The position numbers were made by a program, and so were the translations under genes. DNA of 64,000 nucleotides, from positions 128,001 to 192,000 of the forward strand of contig CAWKHF010000002.1 of NCBI GenBank assembly GCA_963849325.1. Reading direction: 5' to 3'. The DNA comes from an uncultured Planctomycetota bacterium. Lineage in GTDB: Bacteria > Planctomycetota > Planctomycetia > Gemmatales > Gemmataceae. Below, one piece after another: positions 55,612 through 64,000 of the stretch; positions within the stretch are counted from its first letter, which is position 1; every line of letters starts with the position of its first letter. The notes beneath the pieces are model-generated. The model was not told the DNA's origin. It did no database searches and worked only from the letters and a program-made list of their open reading frames with translations.

Positions 55612-56322
55612 ATGAGAGCCTTCTCCACTCCTCACTCGGTTCGCGCGACCAAGAAACCGCTTGAGCCACTCGTCAACGGCGAGCGCATGAAGCAGCCAGA
55701 GTTCCACCGCCGTTACGAGGCGTGTCCCGAAGAGGAGAAATGGGAGCTGATTGGAGGTATCGTCTACATGGCCTCGCCGTTAAGACTGGGCCACTCGCGC
55801 CACGATGGCAAAGTTGGTCTCGTCCTGGAACTGTATGAGCTTGCGACGCCCGGGACAGAGGCACTGCACAATGCGACGATGATCCTCGGCGAGGAAAGCG
55901 AACCGCAGCCGGACCTCGGCCTCCGTATCCTTCCGGAATACGGCGGCCAATCGCGGACGACTCCCAATGACTATCTACAAGGTGCTCCCGAACTCCTCGT
56001 CGAAGTGGCTCATAGCCGCCGTGCCCTTGCCATGCACGGCAAACGCGAGGATTACCAACGCACCGGCGTCCTCGAATACCTCGTCGTTTGCTGGCAGGAA
56101 CAGGAAGTTCACTGGTTCCATTTCCCGACGGGCAAGTCGATTGCGCCCAACCGCCAAGGCATCTCTCGTTCGCGTGTCTTTCCGGGATTGTGGCTCGATG
56201 TCGCGGCGCTGCTTCGCCTGGATTCCGCGCGTCTGATGGAAGTGCTTCAGAAAGGTCTCGCCAGCCGCGAGCATGGCGCGTTCGTCAAGCATCTCCAGAC
56301 CGCCCATCGCAAGCATTCCTGA
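55612..56322 (+). CDS. Uma2 family endonuclease (tandem paralog)
   Basis: ELIGGIVYM, SEPQPD, PELLVEVAHS. Confidence 0.9.
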   Translation: MRAFSTPHSVRATKKPLEPLVNGERMKQPEFHRRYEACPEEEKWELIGGIVYMASPLRLGHSRHDGKVGLVLELYELATPGTEALHNATMILGEESEPQPDLGLRILPEYGGQSRTTPNDYLQGAPELLVEVAHSRRALAMHGKREDYQRTGVLEYLVVCWQEQEVHWFHFPTGKSIAPNRQGISRSRVFPGLWLDVAALLRLDSARLMEVLQKGLASREHGAFVKHLQTAHRKHS

Positions 56323-56327
56323 AGCCA

Positions 56328-57140
56328 TCACGATAATGCCGCGCCGGCACGGTCGCGTTTGCGGCTTCGCTTCTGGCGCCACCAACGCACGCTAATGATC
56401 CACGACGCGCCCATGTACCAGGCAGGGAAGATCAGCGACAAGAGCGACAGACGTCGCGTCGCGTTGTCCGCGGGAACCTCGGGCGGCATCTGCCAAAGGA
56501 GTCCCACCAGCAGCGCGGCCCAGGCGGCGCCCAGCAGACTCGTCACCTGGTTGAGTTTGCCGCGTTGGGTGGGATAGAGATAGCGGCTGGGAACGAACGT
56601 CAGCAGGGAGAGGACGATGAGGACGCCAAGCGAGAGCCAGGCCGGCAGCGGCTGGAGCGTGTACAGGTAGAAGGCGACGAGGTTCCAGTACGAAGGAAAA
56701 CCGAGGAAATAGCCATCGTCGGTCTTGACCGCGACCTGGCAGAAGCCGTAGGCGCTGGCCAGTAGCGGCAGAAGCAAACAGACCTCGCAGCTCGAAGGCA
56801 GGAGGCGGGCACGCCAGATCAGCAGCAGCGGCAGACAGGTGTAGGTGAGAAAGTCCACCAGGTCGTCGAGGCGTCGGCCATCGAAACTGGGCACGACTTC
56901 CTTGATGCGGACGCGGCGCGCGAAGGTGCCGTCGGTGGCGTCGATGAGGGTGGCCGCGACCATGAGCAGGAAGGCGCGGCGAAAGTCGTCTGGCTGACCA
57001 TGCACGAGCAGAGCGGCGATGGACGCGGCCGCGACCAGACCCAGCGCCGTGTACAGGTGGACGCACCAACCCAGACCCTGTCGCCACCAAGCCGGCCGCT
57101 CGGTCGCCGCGCCGGCGGAGGGATCGCCATCGCCAATCAT
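56328..57140 (-). CDS. pcs: CDP-alcohol phosphatidyltransferase, phosphatidylcholine synthase-like
   Basis: VHLYTALG, DATDGTFARR, DGRRLDDLVDFLTY, FLGFPSYWN. Confidence 0.8.
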   Translation of the reverse strand: MIGDGDPSAGAATERPAWWRQGLGWCVHLYTALGLVAAASIAALLVHGQPDDFRRAFLLMVAATLIDATDGTFARRVRIKEVVPSFDGRRLDDLVDFLTYTCLPLLLIWRARLLPSSCEVCLLLPLLASAYGFCQVAVKTDDGYFLGFPSYWNLVAFYLYTLQPLPAWLSLGVLIVLSLLTFVPSRYLYPTQRGKLNQVTSLLGAAWAALLVGLLWQMPPEVPADNATRRLSLLSLIFPAWYMGASWIISVRWWRQKRSRKRDRAGAALS

Positions 57141-57214
57141 GAAAAAGCTCCCGCGCCCCAATTCTTCTTTGTCTTAGCGATCCTCCTCCATGTAATCTAC
57201 TGAGTGTGCCACCT

Positions 57215-57277
57215 TTCCCGTTCTGAGTGAGTTCTGAGTTCTGTGTGAAAACCGAACTCAGAACTCAGAACGGGAAA
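57215..57277. repeat. Heptamer inverted element (AGTTCTG family, short)
   Basis: TTCCCGTTCTGAG...GTGAAAA...CTCAGAACGGGAA. Confidence 0.85.
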
Positions 57278-57321
57278 GGTGGGCGTTGGTGCTCGCCAGG
57301 TTCCCATGCTTGAGGAATGAC

Positions 57322-59890
57322 ATGAAACACCGCTCCTTTGTCGCCGCTCTGGTCCTCGTCGGCGTCGCCGGTCTGGCCCTGCATTACCCGCTCGCCGCGA
57401 TCCGCGATCCGCAGCCGGCCTGGGCCGACGAGGCGCGACCGATCGCGGCGAGCGGAAAGCGGGTAGCGGATCGCGGACAGCGGATGCTGCCGGGCGTCGA
57501 AGCGAGCGGCATGGTCCGCTTGCCCAACCAGTGGGCGCTGCGGCCGGCCGGCCGGCAGGTGCCGCTGGGCGATTTCCCGGTCAACCTCGCCCTGCATCCC
57601 ACGGGACGGTGGCTCGCCGCCCTGCACGCCGGTTACGGCACTCACGAGGTCATCCTCGTCTCGACCCGTGGCAACCCGCCGAAAATCGTCTGCCGCGTGC
57701 CGATCGATCAGGCGTTCTACGGACTCTGTTTCGCCCCGGACGGCAAAACCCTGTTTGCCAGCGGCGGCGAGTTGGAGGTCATCCACGCCTGGACCTTCGA
57801 GGACGGCCTGCTGGCCCGGCATCGCACCCTTCGGACGGCCGAACGGACCAAGACGTTCGTGCCCAGCGGCCTGGCCACGGACGCCGACGGCCGGACGCTG
57901 TTCGCCGCCGGCCTGTGGGGCCATGCCGTCGCCCGGATACCGCTGGACGCTCCCGAGCAGCGCCGCCTGGTGAAGCTGGACAAGGACAGTTATCCCTACG
58001 CCTGCCTTCCCGAGCCGGGCGGCAAGCGTCTGTTCGTCAGCCTGTGGGGCAAGGCCGGCATCGCCGTCCTCGACCTGGAGAGCGATAAGGTCGCCGCCAT
58101 CTGGGCGACGGAGAGTCATCCCACCGAGATGGCCCTGGCGCCCGACGGCAAGACCCTGTACGTCTCCTGCTCCAACTCGACGCGCGTCTGCGTCCTCGAC
58201 GCGGCCCACGACGGCAAGGCGCTGCAAACCATCGCCTGCTCTCTGCATCCCAACGCGCCGTCGGGCAACACGCCGAGCAGCCTGAGTCTGTCGCCGGACG
58301 GCCAACTCCTGTTCGTGGCCAACGCCGACGCCAACAACGTCGCGGTCTTTCAGGTCGCCCAGCGCGGCCAGGCCCAGGCGCTGGGCTTCATCCCGGTTGG
58401 CTGGTATCCGACCTCGGTGCGCTTCGATGCCCAGACGAAGAAGATCTACGTCGCCAACGGCAAAGGTCTGACGTCGCGGGCCAATCCCCAGGGACCCCAG
58501 CCCGGCCGGATGCGCTATACTTCCGTGGAGCAATACATCGCCGCCCTCTTCCGTGGCACGCTCGCCGTCATCGACATGCCGACGCCGGCACAGATGGCCG
58601 TCTACAGCAAGCAGGCGTATGCGTGCAGCCCGCTACGGGCCGACGTCGGCGCCGACCGGCGAGCGACCGGAAGGCAATCCCATCCCAGCCAAGATCGGCG
58701 AGGCCAGTCCCATCAAGCACTGCATCTACATCATCAAGGAGAACCGCACCTACGACCAGGTTTTCGGCGACATGAAAGAGGGCAATGGCGATCCTCATTT
58801 GTGCTTATTCGGCGAAAAAATCACGCCCAACCACCATAAACTGGCCCGCGAGTTTGTTCTGCTGGACAACTTCTACGTCGAGGGTGAGGTTTCGGCCGAC
58901 GGCCACCAGTGGAGCATGGGCGCCTACGCCACGGATTTCGTCGAGAAGGTCTGGCCCTTGTCCTACCGCGGCCGGCCGATCGCCAGTTCGATCAAAAACC
59001 TCAGCCTTTATCCCTCCGAGGGGCACTTCGATTCGATCGCTCGTCCGGCCGGCGGCTACCTGTGGGACCGCGCCGCCGAGGCCGGCGTCAGTTACCGCAG
59101 TTACGGCGAATGGGTCGAGGAGGGCAGGAAGCCCGGCGATCCCGCCAAGGCACGAGTCAAGGCGCTGGAGGGCCACATCGATCCGATGTTCCGCGGCTGG
59201 GACCTCAACTATCTCGACCAGAAGCGGGCCGACCGCTTCATCGAGGAACTGCAACGCTTCGAGCGCGACGGCGGCTTCCCCAGCCTGATCATCCTGCGTT
59301 TGCCAAACGACCACACGTCGGGGACGAAGGTGGGCGCCCCGACGCCGCGCGCCCAGGTGGCCGACAACGACCTGGCGCTGGGCCGGGTCGTCGAAGCCGT
59401 TAGTAACAGCAAGTTCTGGAAGGAGACGGCCATTTTCGTCGTAGAGGACGACGCCCAGAACGGACCCGATCACGTGGACGCCCACCGCAGCGTGGCCCTG
59501 GTCGTCAGTCCCTATACGAAGCGCAACTATGTCGATTCGACGATGTATTCCACCAGCAGCATGTTGCGAACGATGGAACTGATCCTGGGACTGAAGCCGA
59601 TGAGTCAGTTCGACGCGGCGGCTCGGCCGATGTACCACTCGTTCCAGGCCAAGCCGGACACGACCGCCTATCGGCACGTTGTTCCCGAGGTGGACTTGCA
59701 GGAGAAGAACCTGGCGTCCGCCTGGGGGGCGAAGCGGTCGGAGAAGTTCAATTTGGCGAAGGAGGACGCCGCCGACGACCTGCTGCTCAACGAGGTCATC
59801 TGGCGTTCGGTTAAGGGACCGCATTCGCCGATGCCGGCTCCCGTACGCGCCGCCTTCGTTCTGCAACACCCGCGAGAGGACGATGATTAA
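57322..59890 (+). CDS. Bifunctional YncE beta-propeller / phosphoesterase (alkaline phosphatase-like) protein (frameshift near 58650)
   Basis: LSPDG repeats, IPVGWYP; IIKENRTYDQVFGD, VSADGHQW, EDDAQNGPDHVDAHR. Confidence 0.88.
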
Positions 59891-59954
59891 TCGTCCAGCT
59901 GGAGTCTATGACAAGGGACGCAGTCGGAGGGGTTGGGAGTGGTCTCTGGAAGGC

Positions 59955-59993
59955 AGAAAGTCCCTGCCGGTCGATTGACGGACAGGGACTTCT
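59955..59993. terminator. Putative terminator hairpin between convergent units
   Basis: AGAAAGTCCCTG...CAGGGACTTCT. Confidence 0.6.
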
Positions 59994-60009
59994 TGGTAGG
60001 GGAACGGAG

Positions 60010-60083
<74 letters not shown>

Positions 60084-60199
60084 CAAGGATGGAGAGAGTT
60101 CCTTCTGATCCTCCTCCCAACGAATTATAAAGTGGGTTTCGCCGATTGCAAGGTCGAATTTCTTCCCTCTCCACCCTCTCCGGCAAGCTCCGGGGACAA

Positions 60200-60265
60200 G
60201 CTTTCGGAGCCGGCAGCGCAGAAAAGGGAGTGTCCCTCGCCCCGCGCCGCCGGCTCCGAAAGAGC
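60200..60265. repeat. Palindrome/REP-like hairpin downstream of the DUF6496-like gene
   Basis: CTTTCGGAGCCGGC...GCCGGCTCCGAAAG. Confidence 0.6.
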
Positions 60266-60266
60266 C

Positions 60267-60467
60267 TCATTTGTCCTGGCGCTCGGCCCTTTCGGGCAAG
60301 ACCTTGGCCTCCTTCCGGTGTGCCCAGGCTCGACCAATGACGAGCGCTTGCCGGAGGCTGGTCACTGGGATCTTCGACTTGCTGCCGACAGTGAGTCGGC
60401 CCTCTCGGAACTCGTGCAACGCTCTCCGCACCTCGTTCGAGACTTCCGAAGTGTAGGTCCGAATCAT
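60267..60467 (-). CDS. DUF6496-like small basic protein
   Basis: VRRALHEFREGRLTVG...VTSLRQALVIG; GGAGAG RBS. Confidence 0.7.
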   Translation of the reverse strand: MIRTYTSEVSNEVRRALHEFREGRLTVGSKSKIPVTSLRQALVIGRAWAHRKEAKVLPERAERQDK

Positions 60468-60547
60468 GATCGCTCTCCTACCCTGTTCCGGTGGGCGATC
60501 GTGTGCGGCCGGGCCACTGCCCGGTCGAATAGTTACATTACAGATAG

Positions 60548-60564
60548 AGCAAAGAGCGTGCCGG
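60548..60564 (-). promoter_or_regulatory. Putative sigma-54 (-24/-12) promoter
   Basis: Minus strand CCGGCACGCTCTTTGCT (GG-N10-GC). Confidence 0.6.
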
Positions 60565-60585
60565 CTTTGCCACGAAATTGCCCTC

Positions 60586-60675
60586 TGTTACGGAATGACG
60601 CCGGGCGGCTTTGTTACGTTTTGCCCTCTTGTTACGGAATGACGCCGGACGGAGCCGGTCTGTTACGGAATTACA
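60586..60675. promoter_or_regulatory. Four TGTTACG(GAAT) boxes, putative enhancer (UAS) sites
   Basis: TGTTACGGAATGACG x2, TGTTACGTTTTGCC, TGTTACGGAATTACA. Confidence 0.5.
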
Positions 60676-60745
60676 GTAGTGTCTTAAGGTTGCGTTGCAA
60701 TGGCGCGGCTACTACTGGTTTTGCAACGCAATCGCCACTTGCAAT

Positions 60746-61286
60746 TCAGCACGTGGAGACCTGAACGACGCGACCGAAACGGAACCATATGTAGAGGTCG
60801 GGATCGTGTTTTCCGGTTTGAGAATCGCGTCTTGTCGTGATATACCTAGAGGTCTTCGTTCGGATTAGACGCTATCACATTTAGGCCAGCTGGTGCCTCG
60901 CGGGCTATTTCAGCCGGGTTGCCGAGCGTCTGCCGTACTTCCTTCATGGTAAATCCGGCAATCCGTCTTTCCAATTCCTCCACGCTAGGCAAAGTGTCTC
61001 TACTCCGCGAGCGAGTTGCCGTCAGCCACCAACCGATACCGCCAAGACCCATGCAGACCAGTAACAATGTGGCTACACCGCCGACAAGTAGGCGGGGATG
61101 CCGGAACGTCTTCCCTAACGACGTTGCTTGGCTTGTTTCTGTTGCAGGTGGATCGACCCGCACAGCCGTAGGCGGCTTCGGTACAGTTACTTGCTGTTTG
61201 CAGTTACCGCACATCACGGCTTGACCGACGCGCGACGGATCACCAGACAATCGCGTGCCACATTTCGGACAGACGAAGTAGATCAT
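60746..61286 (-). pseudogene. Zinc-ribbon TM protein interrupted by an in-frame TAG (60846-60848) and a frameshift near 60826
   Basis: CPKC...CGNC, TM helix, GFTMKEVRQTLGNP; coding-like sequence continues past TAG as VYHDKTR/DSQTGKHDPDLYIWFRFGRVVQVSTC*. Confidence 0.55.
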
Positions 61287-61555
61287 GGATTGTTACTCCT
61301 GACGGGACGAGGCAGATGGAGACCCACGGAGTCATAAGGTATAGCTACATAGAATGTCTAAAATATCTCCTTAGTAGAGCAAGTTCTCCGGCATTGTCTA
61401 TACTCCTCACAGATTCAGGGCTGGACAGAAAGTTTATTCGATAGACGGCGAAATGCAACGGATCAACTGCGGCTACTGTGCCGTTGATCCGTGCTCGGTC
61501 TTTGAGCGGCATTTTCATCTGACCTGAAAAAATTGATTCTTTTGCGAAATCACAC

Positions 61556-61584
61556 TTGACGAAAACAGAATTGCTGCTCACAAT
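61556..61584 (+). promoter_or_regulatory. Putative sigma-70 promoter for the tRNA cassette
   Basis: TTGACG-N17-CACAAT with AT-rich upstream sequence. Confidence 0.55.
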
Positions 61585-61585
61585 C

Positions 61586-61625
61586 AAAAAGAAGAAGGCC
61601 GGGAGGTTGCACCCTCCCGGCCTCC
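61586..61625 (-). terminator. Hairpin followed by a U-rich tract on the minus strand
   Basis: AGGCCGGGAGG...CCTCCCGGCCT preceded on + by AAAAAGAAGA. Confidence 0.5.
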
Positions 61626-61638
61626 GGGGATACGAAGC

Positions 61639-61710
61639 GCCGGGTTCGTCTATTGGTAGGACAGCGGGCTTTAGCCCCGCTTAAGAGGGGTTCGATTCCC
61701 CCACCCGGCA
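61639..61710 (+). tRNA. tRNA with TTA anticodon (putative ochre suppressor)
   Basis: Acceptor GCCGGGT/ACCCGGC; D-arm GTCT-ATTGGTA-GGAC; anticodon arm GCGGG-CTTTAGC-CCCGC; T-arm AGGGG-TTCGATT-CCCCC; A73. Confidence 0.8.
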
Positions 61711-61766
61711 TTTCGTTCCTTAATTTTACCAAACGTGGCAACCGCGTCAACCAGAAAGAGGCTCCC

Positions 61767-62243
61767 ATGTCTCCGCGCATCGAAGCCACCGACAAGGATG
61801 GCATTCGGTGGGTGGTTACTGGCAATAGTCATACGGACTTGGAACTTGGCATCACGGCTTTACGAGCCAGTTTTGCCCACAAAGAGGAAGTCGTACCGTC
61901 GCGCCGACGCGGACGACCGCCCAAGAATGGTGTTGCCAAAAGCAACGAAGTTGAGAAGACACGATTGGAAGCAGCCTTGTCCATCCTGCGAGCGATTCAG
62001 AAGGGTGGCGATGCCGGTGCAGATTCATCTTCGCTTCTCTCCGCAACCGGGATCGACAAGCCGGAAGCCAAGGCGCTCGGGCCGATGATGGGGATGCTCG
62101 CCAGAGTCTTACGAGATAATCGTCTGACGCAAAACAAAATCTACATCACAACTGGTTTCAGTCCTAACAAGCGATGGGTTCCGCAAGCGGAAATGAATGA
62201 TGCGATCAAGAAACTGGAAGAAACCATGAAGAATCAACTCTAA
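61767..62243 (+). CDS. Hypothetical AT-hook-containing putative DNA-binding protein
   Basis: AGAGG RBS, 158 aa, RRRGRPPK, helical C-terminal domain. Confidence 0.7.
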   Translation: MSPRIEATDKDGIRWVVTGNSHTDLELGITALRASFAHKEEVVPSRRRGRPPKNGVAKSNEVEKTRLEAALSILRAIQKGGDAGADSSSLLSATGIDKPEAKALGPMMGMLARVLRDNRLTQNKIYITTGFSPNKRWVPQAEMNDAIKKLEETMKNQL

Positions 62244-62307
62244 ATAGCGACTTGTAAACGCTGGCGATGGCCTAGAATCCGTGCGCCACCAGTCCGGGCT
62301 GTATCGT

Positions 62308-62401
62308 GGAGAGCGGCCCGCGTCTTGGCCGGCGCACTGGCTTTACAAACCAGCGAAGGGACCGGGTTTGCACCCGGCAGGTTCAATTCCCCCGCTCTCC
62401 G
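62308..62401 (+). tRNA. 9/3 allo-tRNA-like gene (anticodon TAC, long V-arm, G73)
   Basis: 9-bp acceptor GGAGAGCGG/CCGCTCTCC; D-stem GCGTC/GGCGC; anticodon arm CTGG(C)-TTTACAA-(A)CCAG; V-arm CCGGGT-TTGC-ACCCGG; T-arm AGG-TTCAATT-CCC. Confidence 0.6.
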
Positions 62402-62586
62402 TCTTTCCGCAATTGATCTTCAGCAGCTTGCAGCAGGATCGGCCGCGCCCACGCGGCCATGTCGCCCCCTGCGCTCAAAGCTGCCTCCATGACGCGGGCC
62501 TTCTGCGCTGGCGTTACCGGGATGCGCAGGTCTACGTCTTTCGCCTCCGCCTTTGGTTTCATCGGTCGCCCGCGTCGTTTCTTCAT
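62383..62586 (-). CDS. Small ribbon-helix-helix-like regulator divergent from the transposase
   Basis: KKRRGRP...LRIPVTPAQKARVMEAA...MAAWARPILLQAA. Confidence 0.7.
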   Translation of the reverse strand: MKKRRGRPMKPKAEAKDVDLRIPVTPAQKARVMEAALSAGGDMAAWARPILLQAAEDQLRKDGERGN

Positions 62587-62699
62587 GGAAATAAGTGTAG
62601 CAAAAAAAATCTGGATTCAAGCCTCCGGGTTTTTATTGTTGTTTTATTTATACTACAATAAATCAGAGGAGACAGCACTCGCGTTTAAGGGAAATCCCA

Positions 62700-63685
62700 A
62701 TGAACGCACGCGAAGAACGCGGCCTTGTTATCGCGGCCCTGTGCAAGCTGAACAAGACGCCGGACGGGTGGCTTGTCCCGTCGCAGTCGAACGAGACGAT
62801 CTACCGCGTGAACGTGGAAAAGCAGACCTGCACTTGCCCGGATCACCAAGAGGGTGGGTTCAAGTGCAAGCACCTGTACGCCGTCGAATTCACCGCCAAG
62901 CGGGAAGTCGGCACGGACGGCACCGTGACCGAGACGAAGACGCTGACCTTCACGGAGAAGGTGACGTACAAGCAGGACTGGCCCGCGTACAACCTCGCCA
63001 GAGCATCGAGAAGGACCGCCTGCAAGAACTTCTCTTCGACCTGTGCCGTGGCATCGAAGAACCCGAGCGCAGCGGCAGCGGTCGCAAGCCGCATTCGATG
63101 AAGGACATCGATCTTCGCGTCGGTGTTCAAGGTCTACAGCACGATCAGCAGCCGGCGCTTCTCTTCCGACCTGCGCGAAGCCCACGAACGCGGCTACCTG
63201 TCCAAGCCGATTCCCGGCCTGAAAGTGCCGCAGTTCTTTGAGAACGCGGCCCTCACGCCGATCCTCAAGAGCCTGATCGTCCAGAGCAGCTTGCCGCTCC
63301 GCTCGGTCGAAACGAAGTTCGCCATCGACAGCAGCGGCTTTTCGACCAGCAAGTTCGAGCGCTGGTTCGATCACAAGTACGGCGTCACGCGGCGGCGATG
63401 CACCTGGATCAAGGTCCATATCGCGTGCGGCGTCAAAACGAACGTGGTGACGGCGGTTCGCATTCTGGACAAGGACGCGGCACGACTCCCCGCAGTTCAT
63501 CCCGCTCGTCAAGGAAACGGCCAAGAACTTCACCATCGGCGAAGTGTCGGCGGACAAGGCATACGCCAGCGTGGAGAACTTTGAGACCGTCGCCGAGTGC
63601 GGCGGGACCGGCTTTATGGCCTTCAAGTCGAACACGACCGGCGCGGCCGGCGGACTGTTCCAGAAGATGTTCCACTATTTCCAGT
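62700..63685 (+). mobile_element. SWIM-zinc-finger DDE (IS5-like) transposase, frameshifted and truncated by an IS insertion
   Basis: CTCPD...CKH SWIM; DWPAYN; FAIDSSG; WIKVH; VSADKAY; breaks after FQKMFHYFQ, before the catalytic Glu. Confidence 0.85.
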
Positions 63686-64000
63686 CTGTACTTTCCGCGA
63701 TTTCCTTATAGTTCGCCATAAGCGATCACTCTTGGGCGTAAAGTTGCTGGCGAGGTAACGAAGCATGGCTGCGACGAGCGGGTGGACACAAGCCGGCTCC
63801 TCGAACACGATGAAGGGTAGTCAACAACCTTCGTCCTGCCAAGGAGCCGGCCATGCCATTGTCGCAACTGCCCGCCCTGCTGTCCGCCTGTTTCCCCGAC
63901 ATCACCGCCGCCCTCGACCGCCGCTCCGCCCCCCGCCTGCTCCTGCTCTTCGTCGGCGCCCTCTTCGCCAAGGGCCGACGCACCGTCACCTCCTGGTTCC
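63686..64000 (+). mobile_element. IS701-family-like element: left end and transposase 5' part (ATG 63853)
   Basis: Junction CTGTACTTTCCG; AAGGAG RBS; MPLSQLPALLSACF...ALDRRSAPRL...GALFAKGRRTVTSWF; runs off the window. Confidence 0.7.

Noticed and set aside
61345-61587. 80-aa minus-strand ORF
   Set aside because: Atypical start, no recognisable motif, and it overlaps the AT-rich promoter region of the tRNA cassette.
62241-62492. Read-through extension of the AT-hook ORF past its TAA
   Set aside because: The extension runs through the allo-tRNA-like gene and shows no protein-like motif.

Overview
GC-rich bacterial chromosome segment, most likely Planctomycetota (Gemmataceae-like), judged from DUF1559 proteins, Uma2 paralogs, a Ser/Thr kinase and an IS701-type transposase. 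Bases 1-9.3 kb hold the end of the spc and alpha ribosomal operons (rpsN to rplQ, with secY, adk, map, rpoA). Bases 9.4-60 kb hold housekeeping and accessory genes: an RlmI-like methyltransferase, a sigma factor plus sigma-54 activator, nagA, ribH, rho, coaE, polA, a CzcA-type RND pump, purB, lysS, lolCDE-like genes, ilvE, comEC, pcs, two toxin-antitoxin pairs and tRNA-Gly. Many conserved genes carry 1-2 nt frameshifts that look like long-read assembly errors. Three things stand out. (1) A lower-GC region at about 60.7-64 kb has a promoter-driven cassette of a tRNA with a UUA (ochre-suppressor) anticodon, an AT-hook ORF and a 9/3 allo-tRNA-like gene. It sits beside an RHH gene and a SWIM-DDE transposase broken by an IS701-like element, and close to a gene with an in-frame TAG. 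(2) An orphan two-repeat type I-G-like CRISPR unit has a 37-nt spacer that partly matches the start of the adjacent ilvE next to a TTG PAM. (3) Heptamer and nonamer tandem-repeat hairpins sit between stop and start codons. All calls are from manual reading; no searches were run.
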